The translations under genes were made by a program, and so were the position numbers. From IMG/VR virus record IMGVR_UViG_3300044846_003573: a stretch of 64,000 nt of DNA, one strand, 5' to 3'. The stretch is from a virus. Lineage: Duplodnaviria; Caudoviricetes. Shown piece by piece: positions 27,594 to 38,081 of this stretch (its first letter is position 1; every line of letters begins with the position of its first letter). The notes under the pieces are model-generated. The model was not told the DNA's origin, did not search any database, and worked only from the letters and a program-made list of their open reading frames with translations.

Positions 27594-29177
27594 TCAATTT
27601 ATACGAATATTTTGATTTAGAACTTTAGTATCAAATAATTTCCATTCGGCCCTCAATCTTGTTTTAGATACAGGAGAGGTTTCTCTTGTTAATTCAAATG
27701 GTTGTTCCCTATGATAGAGGTGTTGATGATTTAATAAAAACCTTACAATTAATGATAATAAATCCTTTAATGACTCTCCTCTAACCATAGAATTTGTTGA
27801 ATTATAATAATTTCCTGACAAAGTCGGTTCATCAATTCCATAAACATCTGAATTTTTTAATTGAATTCTTTCAAATCCTGGAATATTTGAATTGTTAGAT
27901 ATTAAAAATATTTTTTCAGACCCCATTACTGCATAACCAAAATCACCATTTTGAATTACGTTTGGGGTGTATTTCACTTTTTTTGAAACTTTTTTTAATC
28001 CATATACATTTTTACTTGATATTAATCCCGAACTAGAATTTTTTTGTGATTTAGGAAATGCCACTAATGATTGTAATGTGCTAATATTTTTTTGTTCAAG
28101 GTCAGTACCTGTTAATAATTTACGCTGAAAAGATAATGACGGTCTAAAGAAAAATGGAAATCTAACATCAGTAACATTAACAGTAACTCTCGGAATTAAA
28201 TAAGTAATGTTAATTAGTCCATCATTTAATCCTGATATCACTTTATTAATTATATCGGCGATTTCTTGTAACGTATCAATATTATTAAATGAGTGTGAAA
28301 AATACTCATATACCACATCTTCAATAATTGTTTGTTGTGTAAATTTATCAGTTAAAGTTTTAGTAGATTTTCCTGGTAAATTATATATGTTAATATTACC
28401 TGAAAATGGGCCTTCAGTATCTAATCCTAAATATATTTCATACTCAACAAGTTTAACAATCTGTTCAGATACTGTTAAATTTTGAGTAATTGTTTTTTGA
28501 GTTCCTACAACAGTTCTACTATCAAAATTAGATAATTGTAAAAAAGACCTTTTAGGGTTTGTTACGGGATACTCATTTGTTTTTAATATTGGTGTTTTTT
28601 TTGACCTTAATAAAACTTCATTATCTTTTAAAATAATATCAGACCTTCCTTTAGAATAAATTCCATAGTCTTTTGGTTCGGCAAATACCCCTTTAGTGTT
28701 TTCAAAAAAGTATCCATTTGAATTTTTTAATGGTAAACCTGGTTTAACATTAGGTCCTGCAGCCATAATACTTTTTGTCTGATTTGAATTTTCACGAGCC
28801 ACAGACATTGCAGATGATATCGGACCTTTAATATAAAATTGGTTTTTCCTTCCTGTATTTTCAGACCAATTATAATAAATTAAATGAACATAATCATTAT
28901 TTTCAGGGACAATATTTAATTGAACGGGAATTAAAGGAATATAAACAAAAGGGTCGATATCTTCGTAAAAAAACTCCTCTAAAATGTCATTACCTTGAGC
29001 ATTTAAAACTGATTTACCATTTTTTGTAATATCTTTAAGTGAATCAATTACTTGTTGGTAAATTTCAAAATCAGGTTTAACTCTAATACGTTCTAATGAA
29101 TATTTGTCTTCATTATGAGTAACGGTACCTCCAAATAATATTCTATGTTTTTGTTGGTCATCCCTTCCTTGACTCAT
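27594..29177 (-). CDS. putative baseplate central spike (gp5/gpV/gp138-like)
   Basis: N-terminal OB-fold-like GTVTHNEDKYSLERIRVK...IVPENNDYV; C-terminal VRGESLKDLL...NHQH (HxH iron-binding type motif). Confidence 0.6.
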   Translation of the reverse strand: MSQGRDDQQKHRILFGGTVTHNEDKYSLERIRVKPDFEIYQQVIDSLKDITKNGKSVLNAQGNDILEEFFYEDIDPFVYIPLIPVQLNIVPENNDYVHLIYYNWSENTGRKNQFYIKGPISSAMSVARENSNQTKSIMAAGPNVKPGLPLKNSNGYFFENTKGVFAEPKDYGIYSKGRSDIILKDNEVLLRSKKTPILKTNEYPVTNPKRSFLQLSNFDSRTVVGTQKTITQNLTVSEQIVKLVEYEIYLGLDTEGPFSGNINIYNLPGKSTKTLTDKFTQQTIIEDVVYEYFSHSFNNIDTLQEIADIINKVISGLNDGLINITYLIPRVTVNVTDVRFPFFFRPSLSFQRKLLTGTDLEQKNISTLQSLVAFPKSQKNSSSGLISSKNVYGLKKVSKKVKYTPNVIQNGDFGYAVMGSEKIFLISNNSNIPGFERIQLKNSDVYGIDEPTLSGNYYNSTNSMVRGESLKDLLSLIVRFLLNHQHLYHREQPFELTRETSPVSKTRLRAEWKLFDTKVLNQNIRIN

Positions 29178-29352
29178 ATTCTTTTAAAATTTTGTTATAC
29201 GTTGATTCTATTTTATCAATTTTTTTTGTTAATTCAATAACTAAATGTTTTGTATTATCAAATTCTTTTGATAAAAAATCCATTACTAATACTAAATCTT
29301 TATTTGATTTAGTTTTATACTCGACTAATATTTCTTTTATTTTTTCTGACAT
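29158..29352 (-). CDS. small coiled-coil hypothetical protein (64 aa)
   Basis: Tightly packed in the operon. Confidence 0.6.
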   Translation of the reverse strand: MSEKIKEILVEYKTKSNKDLVLVMDFLSKEFDNTKHLVIELTKKIDKIESTYNKILKEYESRKG

Positions 29353-29353
29353 A

Positions 29354-31276
29354 TTAAAAATATTTACCTGTTACTCTTACATTTCCTGTTGGCTGACCTG
29401 TTGGTGAAATTGTTTCAGTAACTATAACACCTTCAATTTTACCATTTTTAGTCCTTTCATTAAAAGATGCGGTAAAGACCGCAATTTTCTCAAGAGTACC
29501 TAAATCAGGTTCTCCATTAATACCTGGCCCTGTTTGTATACCAAGTCTCTGCATTTGTAAAATATATTCTACAACTTCTTTTTGAGGTAAAACTCCCGGT
29601 AGATATTCAGTTAAATATAAAAATGGTGTTGGTAAAATATATTTTCTAGGAATAGGGGTTAATTTTAATAAATTAAATATTGAATTAATTAATGATTTAC
29701 AACTTCGATAATCATTAACCAAATTAACCACTCCTCTAATTATTGCTTCAGTGTTGTCTAAAATCGCCTTAATAGCGTTTATTTTCATTTCATTTTTTGT
29801 ATTAGATAAATCTAATATTATTGCTCTAACCAATCTAATAATATCTTGTTTTAACTGAAGATATAGTGCTTCAACAAATAATGCACCTATCTTTGAAGTT
29901 GCACATATTATCATTTTTTTATTTTGTTTAGCGAATTGCATCATTCCTGGGGAATTTGCTTCTATATCATTTACAATATTGTCATCTAAATTTGAAACTG
30001 TTGTTGAAAGAGCTTTAGACATAACCACAAAAGGTAAAAGAACTTTTGGTGATAAAATAGACATCATTGCACCTTTAACAAAGTTTTTAATTATTCCTTG
30101 GTTCCAAGCGTAATCAAGAGAAATTCCTTGTAATTGCCATCTATCATCATTAGATAAGTTAAAATATATATCTTGAAATATGGAATTAATATTACTTCCG
30201 TCCTCATTAACTTCACTTATAGTGTCAAAAACATAATCAACCTCACTGATAGGTAGTTGAACATTATTACAATCAATAAATTCAACATAACCTTGTCTTA
30301 TGATAGAAATTTCGTTTTCAATTTGTGAAATTTCATTTGGTGTAAATTCAAAAAAGGTATCAGTAACATCATCGTTTTCAGGATATTTTGATATCCCCCC
30401 AACGTCTATTTCTTCATTAGAATCAAAACACATTCCTAAAATTCTCTCAAGAATCCTTGTAAATTTTAACCAATCATTATATTTTGAAGGCCCTGTATTT
30501 GAGTTAAATTTTGTAATGTTTAAAATTAAATCAACTATTTTATTTACAGCATTATTAAAATCTAACATTTTAATAGTTTTATAATAATCAATAATAAAAT
30601 CTGTTACTCTATTTGGAGCATTTATTCTTTGATATAAAACAACTTTGAAATAGTTTCCTTGGGTGACTCCGTTAAAAGTTTCAAAAGATATTTTGAATAA
30701 TTCTTGTCCTGATGAACCGTAATAAACTTGTTGAACTGAAGGTGTTTGAATTAATTCGTATAAAAACCTATTAGTACTTCTTCTTGAAGATAATTGTTCG
30801 TATGGTGTTTTTTCATATATTGAAGCCCCAATAGAACTATTAGGGTTTAATTTAAGTTGGTTAAATAAATCAATTTCACTTACTTGAATATATAATTCTT
30901 GATTTGTTAAAAAAGTTTGTTCATTAGAACAATTTAATGAACTAAAAACGCATTCTTGTATAATATTCTCAATTAAAGTTGGTAAATTTTGTAATTGGTC
31001 TTGTAATAGACCAATAAAAAAATCACTCGTTGGATTAGTATTTGTCTGACTTACTAAATCAATTAATTCCTCAAATGAATTACTTGTTTTTTCTTTAATT
31101 TTTCTTGAAATTGTTGCGGAATCTAAATTTATTTGAATTTTGTCCGCTTTTTTTTGTAATCTATCAGTATTGTTTTGTATAAAACCGTCATAATCTTTTT
31201 GTACTTGCGTAAAAGTTTTGAGGGCTTTGGCTCTCTCCTTACTTTCTTTAAAACCTTGTCTAATATCTTCGGCCAT
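29354..31276 (-). CDS. hypothetical protein (640 aa), probably baseplate/tail-associated
   Basis: Late operon with the spike gene; no motif recognised. Confidence 0.65.
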   Translation of the reverse strand: MAEDIRQGFKESKERAKALKTFTQVQKDYDGFIQNNTDRLQKKADKIQINLDSATISRKIKEKTSNSFEELIDLVSQTNTNPTSDFFIGLLQDQLQNLPTLIENIIQECVFSSLNCSNEQTFLTNQELYIQVSEIDLFNQLKLNPNSSIGASIYEKTPYEQLSSRRSTNRFLYELIQTPSVQQVYYGSSGQELFKISFETFNGVTQGNYFKVVLYQRINAPNRVTDFIIDYYKTIKMLDFNNAVNKIVDLILNITKFNSNTGPSKYNDWLKFTRILERILGMCFDSNEEIDVGGISKYPENDDVTDTFFEFTPNEISQIENEISIIRQGYVEFIDCNNVQLPISEVDYVFDTISEVNEDGSNINSIFQDIYFNLSNDDRWQLQGISLDYAWNQGIIKNFVKGAMMSILSPKVLLPFVVMSKALSTTVSNLDDNIVNDIEANSPGMMQFAKQNKKMIICATSKIGALFVEALYLQLKQDIIRLVRAIILDLSNTKNEMKINAIKAILDNTEAIIRGVVNLVNDYRSCKSLINSIFNLLKLTPIPRKYILPTPFLYLTEYLPGVLPQKEVVEYILQMQRLGIQTGPGINGEPDLGTLEKIAVFTASFNERTKNGKIEGVIVTETISPTGQPTGNVRVTGKYF

Positions 31277-31638
31277 TACAGATTAAATTTTTCAATATCT
31301 GAATTTATATCCTTTGAAATTAAACCTTGTAGGACATCATCATCCATAGATGAAATATCAAAAGTTTCTTCTGAATTACTTCTTTTTTCCCATATACCTG
31401 ATTGTAGTTTAGATAACGTAAGTTTTTTCTCAACACAATCGTTTATGATTTTTTGTTGTTTTTCAATAACGGGGCCTATTACAGTCATGTCTTCAGGCTC
31501 TTTCATCATAGAAATCATTTTATTTTGAATTCTAATTGCAGTAGAGCGTTGCTCGACTAATTCATTATAAATTTCCTGCATCAGAGCTAAAATAGAGTCC
31601 TGTGTAAAATTTATTTGTTTTTTTTTTGGTTTTGTCAT
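31276..31638 (-). CDS. hypothetical coiled-coil protein (120 aa)
   Basis: First gene after the late motif at 31649-31643. Confidence 0.7.
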   Translation of the reverse strand: MTKPKKKQINFTQDSILALMQEIYNELVEQRSTAIRIQNKMISMMKEPEDMTVIGPVIEKQQKIINDCVEKKLTLSKLQSGIWEKRSNSEETFDISSMDDDVLQGLISKDINSDIEKFNL

Positions 31639-31642
31639 ACTT

Positions 31643-31649
31643 ATAAATA
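31643..31649 (-). promoter_or_regulatory. putative late promoter motif TATTTAT
   Basis: 4 nt upstream of ATG 31638. Confidence 0.5.
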
Positions 31650-31663
31650 TTTTATGACATTTT

Positions 31664-32401
31664 TTATTCAGGATTAACTTGAAGTAGAGCAGTATATATT
31701 TTTTTGAACTTTTTCATTGACGCTCTAATTTCTTTTGTTGACATATTTGTCATCTCTCTGAGCGATAATAAAATGATATTTTTGTTAAATTTATTGTTAT
31801 CAGTTGCTGGAAAAATAGTCTCATAATTTTCCATAATTTCAACTAATGAAATACCCAATTTCATTTCACTTTCATTTAAATCATCAATTTCAATAGTTTC
31901 TTTAATATAGTCAATTAGTATCGGGATTAAATTAACTTCTTCAAGTGGCTCAACATCTAAATAATAAACCATTTCAGGAGAATTTTCTAAATCACCTGAA
32001 ATATCTTCATAGGAAATTTTTCGGTTTTGTTCTTTTTGGTCTTTTAAAATTTGACCCATTAGATAATTTTTACAAATTGTGCCAAAATATGAATACGCCT
32101 TTTTTTCTTTAGAAGGACTAAACTTTTCTATTTTAGTCATTAAAAAAGAGTGAGTATCGGTATGGATTTCAATAAAATCCATATCTTTTCTGTATAATTT
32201 ATATCTACGAATAATTGAAGAAATCATTTTATCCAAAGGATGTCTCAAGTATTCATTATAAATCTTATTTTTTTCTTCAAAAGTAGAAGCGGTCAGAAAC
32301 ATTCTGACTGCGTTCTCTTCTCTTATATCAAAGTAATTTTCACCGCTAGACTTTTTTTTCGTCGTAACGTTAATTTCTATTGAGCTCGCGCTTAATATCA
32401 T
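31664..32401 (-). CDS. gp55: phage sigma factor, T4 gp55-like (late transcription)
   Basis: Sigma region-2-like KIEKFSPSKEKKAYSYFGTICKNYL; N-terminal YFDIREENAV. Confidence 0.7.
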   Translation of the reverse strand: MILSASSIEINVTTKKKSSGENYFDIREENAVRMFLTASTFEEKNKIYNEYLRHPLDKMISSIIRRYKLYRKDMDFIEIHTDTHSFLMTKIEKFSPSKEKKAYSYFGTICKNYLMGQILKDQKEQNRKISYEDISGDLENSPEMVYYLDVEPLEEVNLIPILIDYIKETIEIDDLNESEMKLGISLVEIMENYETIFPATDNNKFNKNIILLSLREMTNMSTKEIRASMKKFKKIYTALLQVNPE

Positions 32402-33207
32402 TAAACGTTTTCAGTAACAAATTTTATGTTTCTGTCTTCACTAAAAAAATATTCTTTTTTAGCTGAAGATACCCAAAACTTAACCTCATCCTCCTCAAGT
32501 TTGGTTTCACCATTTTTGTATTCCCAAAAAATAGAACCCTCTCTTAAATTAGTATGTTTGTAACCAATTTTAGGTATAGTCATAATTTTCGCTGAATTGT
32601 ACGTTAAACGAAGTAACAATTCATAAACAAATGTTAATTTGATGTTTGGTTTAAATCCACCAAAGTCCTCAATTAAAGATTTTTTAAATACCATTCCTGA
32701 CGTTTGAAAATTTTGATATTGTAATAAAGTTTCATTTGTTAGATATCCCATTTCTTGTGAGAAATTAGCCGCAAATGTTGCTTCGTTTGTAAAACCTTGA
32801 AAAGTTAATTTATTATCTACCTCAACTACGATAGGTAGGAATGCGTCAACATCAGAATATGAATCTAAATATTTTTTTACATTTTTAAACCAAATTTTTG
32901 AGTATTCGTCATCAACTTCTAAAATACTAACCCATTTAGTTTCAGCCTTTGTAATTCCAAAATTAACTTGGTTTGAAAAATTTGGTTCACCATCGAATTC
33001 AAAAGTCGTGACTGTAAGATTTTGAAAATCGTAATTTTCCAAATAATTTGATAAATTTTTATCTTTACCGTGAACTATAATTAAGTTTTTTGGTAAGAAA
33101 TCTTGAGATAGTACAGACTCGATTGATTTTTTAAAAAAGTCTTCAAAATCTCTCATTACCATATTCTTAATAGGTAATATAACACTTAAATCTAAAATAT
33201 TTTCCAT
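32401..33207 (-). CDS. glycosyltransferase family 2 (likely start ATG 33207)
   Basis: LSVILPI, NFGITKAETKWVSILEVDD (GT-A DxD-like). Confidence 0.8.
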   Translation of the reverse strand: MENILDLSVILPIKNMVMRDFEDFFKKSIESVLSQDFLPKNLIIVHGKDKNLSNYLENYDFQNLTVTTFEFDGEPNFSNQVNFGITKAETKWVSILEVDDEYSKIWFKNVKKYLDSYSDVDAFLPIVVEVDNKLTFQGFTNEATFAANFSQEMGYLTNETLLQYQNFQTSGMVFKKSLIEDFGGFKPNIKLTFVYELLLRLTYNSAKIMTIPKIGYKHTNLREGSIFWEYKNGETKLEEDEVKFWVSSAKKEYFFSEDRNIKFVTENV

Positions 33208-33211
33208 AATA

Positions 33212-34270
33212 TTAATTTTCAATTAATTGTAGTTTATTTAATTCAGTTTCAAAATTTTCTTTTATAACCTGAAGGTAACCTTCAAACGTTGATAAAATTG
33301 TCTTTTCAAATTTTTCTACGTCACTGTATTTTTCCGCAGTTTCAACACCATTTTTGTAAAGGTTTTCAGAAACATTATCCTCTAACCAATTTTGAACAAA
33401 ATCTGCAACATAGTCTACAAGTTTTATTTCATCTTGTATCCAAATTCCATTTTCTTCACTCAACCAACTTGGGACTAGTTTTGGAACTATACCCATAACC
33501 GCGACACCACTTTTCATAGATTCTAATGGGAAGGTACCAAAAGAACTAATTCTATCATTCCATACTGACAACATAGATTCTCTTAACGAACTTGCAAATT
33601 CTTCTTGGGATAGACCTCTTAAATCACGGAAAGTAATCCATCTAAACTGTGGATACTTTTGATAGAATGATTTAATAAAATTAATTGAATCTCTTTGTTC
33701 TCTAAACACAACCGAAATAATTGGTTTAACAGGTTTTTCAGAAACAACAAAATTCTCATCAATCACTGGCTCAATAACGTCAATAGCACTCATTCTCATT
33801 AATTTTGAGACATAATTTTTTTGTTCTTCTGAAGTTGTGATACACTTTGTAAAGTTAAATTGTTGCCAAGTTTGTCCAGGTTGGAGGGTCTCAAAAACAT
33901 AATCATACGACTGTGACAATACAATTTTAGTACAAGGTAAGTTTGTTAATTGACTCATAACATAACCAAAAATTTCAGGAATAATCATAAAATCTTCAGG
34001 AGCTATTTGTAAATTTTGTCCTTCTACTGATTGGTGAGGGATGGAATCGTATTTATTACCTAACCAACTTTGTACTCCAAAGTAATTAGGTTTTTCATGT
34101 AAAATAATAACATTATAATCGGCATTTTTAAGAGTTAATGCCATATCATAAATGTATTTGATTGACGCTTTAGCATTCCCTAAAGTATCTTGAGCGAAAA
34201 AATAAATTCTTGATTTTTTTTCACTTAAATTTTTAATTGAGTCCTCAATTTTTTTAATTGTTTCTTCCAT
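33212..34270 (-). CDS. GT-B (GT4-like) glycosyltransferase
   Basis: IYFFAQD...YDMALTL; SFGTFPLESMKSG nucleotide-binding motif. Confidence 0.65.
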   Translation of the reverse strand: MEETIKKIEDSIKNLSEKKSRIYFFAQDTLGNAKASIKYIYDMALTLKNADYNVIILHEKPNYFGVQSWLGNKYDSIPHQSVEGQNLQIAPEDFMIIPEIFGYVMSQLTNLPCTKIVLSQSYDYVFETLQPGQTWQQFNFTKCITTSEEQKNYVSKLMRMSAIDVIEPVIDENFVVSEKPVKPIISVVFREQRDSINFIKSFYQKYPQFRWITFRDLRGLSQEEFASSLRESMLSVWNDRISSFGTFPLESMKSGVAVMGIVPKLVPSWLSEENGIWIQDEIKLVDYVADFVQNWLEDNVSENLYKNGVETAEKYSDVEKFEKTILSTFEGYLQVIKENFETELNKLQLIEN

Positions 34271-34273
34271 AAT

Positions 34274-34537
34274 TTAGTATTTTTGAATTATTTTATTATT
34301 TAATAAGGTATTAAAGGCTAGTTTAAATGGTATTGATGCAGATGCTTTTTCACCTAAAGTTTCATCAACTTCTTCTGTCTCGCTTAAAATAACTTCTAAC
34401 ATCATTTTAATAATTTCATATTGAACTACCCCTATTTGTTGTTCTGTTGAACCAGATGAGTTTGGTGTGTCTATATTAATAATTGATTGGGCTGACTCTA
34501 AATCAATGTAATAATGTTCCCCCAGTATTTTTAACAT
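34274..34537 (-). CDS. hypothetical protein (87 aa)
   Basis: Clean ORF in operon. Confidence 0.65.
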   Translation of the reverse strand: MLKILGEHYYIDLESAQSIINIDTPNSSGSTEQQIGVVQYEIIKMMLEVILSETEEVDETLGEKASASIPFKLAFNTLLNNKIIQKY

Positions 34538-35129
34538 TCTTTAAATTTGTAATTATTTCGTCTAATTCTTTAATTTTTTCAATTGTTTTAGACGAGTTTA
34601 TTTTTTCGTTATAAAGGGTTTTATATTTTATAACTTTGTTATTGTAATTAATAAGAATATCAGGGTTAGAAGTAACTATTAAATCAAAATCATTCAGAAT
34701 TTGATTTTTTGTTATTTCATTATAGAAAATTATTCTTTCAAATTGACAACTAAACTTTGATAAAAAAAATAATGTAGCTGGTTTTGATTTTGAAATCTCA
34801 TCGGAAATAATTGTAAATTCAATATCATTTCTATGTTTAACATAAATTTCATTTAAATCCGCAAATGTCATCATTTCACTTGATGGTGAGTGTCCAAAAA
34901 TTTCCATAGGACAATCCTCAAACATAAAGGAAAACATTTCTTCTTTTGAAGGAAATAAAAAATGATTAAATAAATCTAAAGTATCGATTGGCTCAACTAT
35001 TGAATATTCAAATTTGTTTTCATCTTCTTCAATACCATCTGTTGATTGAATTAAGAATTTATCGTAAACACTTTTAAATTTACTTATGGTATCTCTTAAT
35101 ACACCATTAACCTCAATTCCTATCTTCAT
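34503..35129 (-). CDS. HAD-fold 5'(3')-nucleotidase-like protein with degenerate motif I
   Basis: MKIGIEVNGVLRD (canonical DxDGV replaced by ExNGV); KPATLFFLSK. Confidence 0.55.
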   Translation of the reverse strand: MKIGIEVNGVLRDTISKFKSVYDKFLIQSTDGIEEDENKFEYSIVEPIDTLDLFNHFLFPSKEEMFSFMFEDCPMEIFGHSPSSEMMTFADLNEIYVKHRNDIEFTIISDEISKSKPATLFFLSKFSCQFERIIFYNEITKNQILNDFDLIVTSNPDILINYNNKVIKYKTLYNEKINSSKTIEKIKELDEIITNLKNVKNTGGTLLH

Positions 35130-35853
35130 ATCTTTTTAATATTTCAGTAATCAATGGATTTCTAACAACATCTTCATCTCCAAACTCATGAACTCCAATC
35201 TCGGAAATATTTTTAAATTTTTCAATTGCATCCCACAAACCTGAATGTTTTTTATCTTTATATCTGTCAGTTTGTTCTAAATCACCTGAGATAAAAAATT
35301 TACTGTCAGTACCAATACGAGTTAATAATAATTTCATTTGTTTTGGAGTGGCATTTTGAGCTTCTTCAAATATTAAAATAGAGTTATCAATATTCATCCC
35401 TCTCATGTAGGCTAAAGCAAAAACTTCAATAACCTCCATTTGTTTTAATTTTTCTCTCGCTTCTTTACCTATAATTTTATTTAAAAGATAATATGATGGG
35501 AAAATATATGGGTCTAGTTTTTCTTCAACGTTACCAGGCAAAGAACCAAGTTTTTCTTCTGCTTCAACTGCGGGTCTAACTATGATAATCTTTTCGTAAG
35601 GTGAAGTATGGTCAGCAATTAAATCAACCGCCGCTTTCATTGCTATAAAACTTTTACCAACACCTGCAGGACCTGAACAAATTGTAATTTGATTTCTAAC
35701 TAATTTATCGTAATACTCTCGTTGACTTTGAGTTAAGAATTTATCCTTACTCTTTTTAATCATACCACTAATTTGGTCTTTCTTAGACATTTTTGGTTTA
35801 GAGTCAGTAGGAATATATTGACTGTCTTTACTAATTGTTTTTTTTCTTGTCAT
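35113..35853 (-). CDS. phoH: PhoH-like ATPase
   Basis: SGPAGVGKS, RPAVEAEEKLGSLPG, YMRGMN, EEAQN, GDLEQTD, VVRNPL. Confidence 0.95.
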   Translation of the reverse strand: MTRKKTISKDSQYIPTDSKPKMSKKDQISGMIKKSKDKFLTQSQREYYDKLVRNQITICSGPAGVGKSFIAMKAAVDLIADHTSPYEKIIIVRPAVEAEEKLGSLPGNVEEKLDPYIFPSYYLLNKIIGKEAREKLKQMEVIEVFALAYMRGMNIDNSILIFEEAQNATPKQMKLLLTRIGTDSKFFISGDLEQTDRYKDKKHSGLWDAIEKFKNISEIGVHEFGDEDVVRNPLITEILKRYEDRN

Positions 35854-35856
35854 TAT

Positions 35857-36681
35857 TTAATTTGTGTATAACTTTTTTGAGAATAATTGCATTTCACTTA
35901 TTTGAAATTCCAATTCAGGTATATCGTATTTTATATCAAAGATTGTTGATAACGTTCTATCAACAATAGATTCTGAATCAACTGGATTAATTTCAATATT
36001 TAAATTGTATGAATTTGATAACATTTTAACTAAATCATATTTTGACACTTGAGTTGGTGAAATAAAATGTTTAGTTCCTTTCCAAAAATCTTTGTTATCT
36101 ATAATTTTTTCTACTAATTTAGCCCATTCTAAACAAGTTATACCATTCCAAAAATGATTTAGAAACCCATTAACTTTATTATTTTTTTGACTTTTAACCC
36201 ACTCAACTAAAGACCTGTGTTGATTAACCTCTTCACCAATAATTGAAGTTCTTATTATTGTACAATTATTTGGTTCACCAATAGCTTTTGACATACCATA
36301 CACATCATCAACATCATATTTATCGTTTTCGTTATATCTACCTTTTTTACCTGAGTACACACAATCAGTTGTTGGGTGAATCATGTTCCATTCATTTTTT
36401 TCACAAATATTTGATAACATTCTTGGAAATACTGAATTAACTAAAATCGCATTTAAATCTCCTAATTGGTCAACTCTAGGTTTAATTGTACCAATACAAT
36501 TAATTATAACGTCACCTTTATTAACACCACTCTTTATCAATATATCTTCTATTGATTTTTCTGTTTGATGTGAAGCGTCAAGAATATCTCTATTAATTTC
36601 ACTAACATTAAATTTTTCAGATAAATAACTGTATACATATTTACCTAACATCCCTTTTGAACCTAAAATATAAATTTTCAT
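35857..36681 (-). CDS. rmlD: RmlD-like dTDP-4-dehydrorhamnose reductase
   Basis: ILGSKGMLG, INCIG, TTDCVYSG, YGMSK (YxxxK), IRTS. Confidence 0.8.
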   Translation of the reverse strand: MKIYILGSKGMLGKYVYSYLSEKFNVSEINRDILDASHQTEKSIEDILIKSGVNKGDVIINCIGTIKPRVDQLGDLNAILVNSVFPRMLSNICEKNEWNMIHPTTDCVYSGKKGRYNENDKYDVDDVYGMSKAIGEPNNCTIIRTSIIGEEVNQHRSLVEWVKSQKNNKVNGFLNHFWNGITCLEWAKLVEKIIDNKDFWKGTKHFISPTQVSKYDLVKMLSNSYNLNIEINPVDSESIVDRTLSTIFDIKYDIPELEFQISEMQLFSKKLYTN

Positions 36682-36705
36682 AATTTTTTTATTTTTTTTA
36701 TTTTT

Positions 36706-37125
36706 TTATCTAAAATCTTCTTCCCATATATTCCAATTATCATGTGGTAATCTTATATCGTCACCTAAACTTTCTTCTAATGATGTGGTAGAAAAGAAAA
36801 TAACTGAAGTATTATCTTCTAAATTTTTAAAACCATTATAGTGATTTGGTGGGATAAATAATACTTTTGGTTGTTTTGAACTTAAAATATATTTTGTAAC
36901 TTCTTCAGTTTCCATATTAACAATTCCAATAAGCGCAGTACCACTAGATACATAAACATATTTTCCTTCTTTTTTATGACCATGCCATGCTCTTATAAAT
37001 CCTTGTCTATGATTCTCAACTTGGTAAAATCTTTTTACATTTTCAAAATTGAAATCATTAACAAATCTAACCGAACCTCTATCATCAACAGAGATACCAC
37101 CATTCATTAATTTTTTTGTGTCCAT
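36706..37125 (-). CDS. RmlC-like cupin NDP-4-keto-6-deoxysugar epimerase/isomerase
   Basis: DDRGSV, IRAWHGHK, LFIPPNHYNGF. Confidence 0.8.
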   Translation of the reverse strand: MDTKKLMNGGISVDDRGSVRFVNDFNFENVKRFYQVENHRQGFIRAWHGHKKEGKYVYVSSGTALIGIVNMETEEVTKYILSSKQPKVLFIPPNHYNGFKNLEDNTSVIFFSTTSLEESLGDDIRLPHDNWNIWEEDFR

Positions 37126-38081
37126 AATAATTCTTTTTGATTTTTTTTATTTGTTAAAAACGCTCCATTGTGGTAAACTTTATCTTCAGGGTTCTCAATT
37201 CTATTTTCTTCAAATAAAGTTACCATTCTTAATACCTCATCCTCAACGGTTGTAATTGGTTTATATTTAAAAACTTTTAAAGATTTTGAATTATCAACAC
37301 GATAATTTCTAGCATCTTGAAAAGATATTTCAGTGTACGTTACTTTAGTATTAGGTACTATTTTAGCGACACGTTCACCTAGTTCTTTAATTATAACATT
37401 TTCTTTTGATAAAACAAAAATTCCTGGGTACTTTTCTTTACACGCCTCTGTAATATATCCTGCTATATCTTTAACGGCAATTATTGGTCTCCATTGTTCA
37501 CCACCATTAATAGTTATAGTACCTTCTTTTACCGCCTTCATAGTTAATACATTAACAACTAAATCCATTCTAATTCTAGAATATGTGTCACCAAGACCAA
37601 ATACAGTTCCTAATCTAAAAATTGTCCCATTTTTGTCTAAAATGTGTTTTTCGGCTTTAAGTTTTGTTGATGCATATGATGATAATGGATTTGTTTCACT
37701 TAATTCATCTAATATACCATCTTGAGCTCCGTAAACTGAACACGTAGACATAAAAATTAAATGTTTATCGGGTGAAACAATATCACAAAAATTTTTAATA
37801 GAATTATAATTAATTTCTTCAGTTAAAAATGGGTCAACACTACAAGCCGGGTCACCAACTAAAGCAGCCATTAAAACTATAATATCAAAATCTTTAGATA
37901 CTTCATAAAGTTTATCAGTATCTCTAATGTCTCCATAAATAAAAGAAACATCTTTTAAATACCTATTTTCATATAATAAATTATCGTAAATAGTTATATC
38001 AAACCCTTCTCTAATAAGATAATCTGATGTTAATCCTCCGATGTAACCGGCACCACCTACTAATAAAACTTTTTCTTTCAT
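37107..38081 (-). CDS. NAD-dependent sugar epimerase/dehydratase (extended SDR)
   Basis: VGGAGYIGG, MAALVGDPAC, STCSVYG, YASTK, FRLGTVFG. Confidence 0.9.
   Translation of the reverse strand: MKEKVLLVGGAGYIGGLTSDYLIREGFDITIYDNLLYENRYLKDVSFIYGDIRDTDKLYEVSKDFDIIVLMAALVGDPACSVDPFLTEEINYNSIKNFCDIVSPDKHLIFMSTCSVYGAQDGILDELSETNPLSSYASTKLKAEKHILDKNGTIFRLGTVFGLGDTYSRIRMDLVVNVLTMKAVKEGTITINGGEQWRPIIAVKDIAGYITEACKEKYPGIFVLSKENVIIKELGERVAKIVPNTKVTYTEISFQDARNYRVDNSKSLKVFKYKPITTVEDEVLRMVTLFEENRIENPEDKVYHNGAFLTNKKNQKELLWTQKN

Noticed and set aside
29192-29407. ORFs listed on the strand opposite the real genes here and throughout (e.g. 2381, 5508, 8805, 14406, 31175, 37333, 47914, 53063, 59473)
   Set aside because: Nested in or antisense to well-supported genes, with compositions typical of shadow or alternative frames
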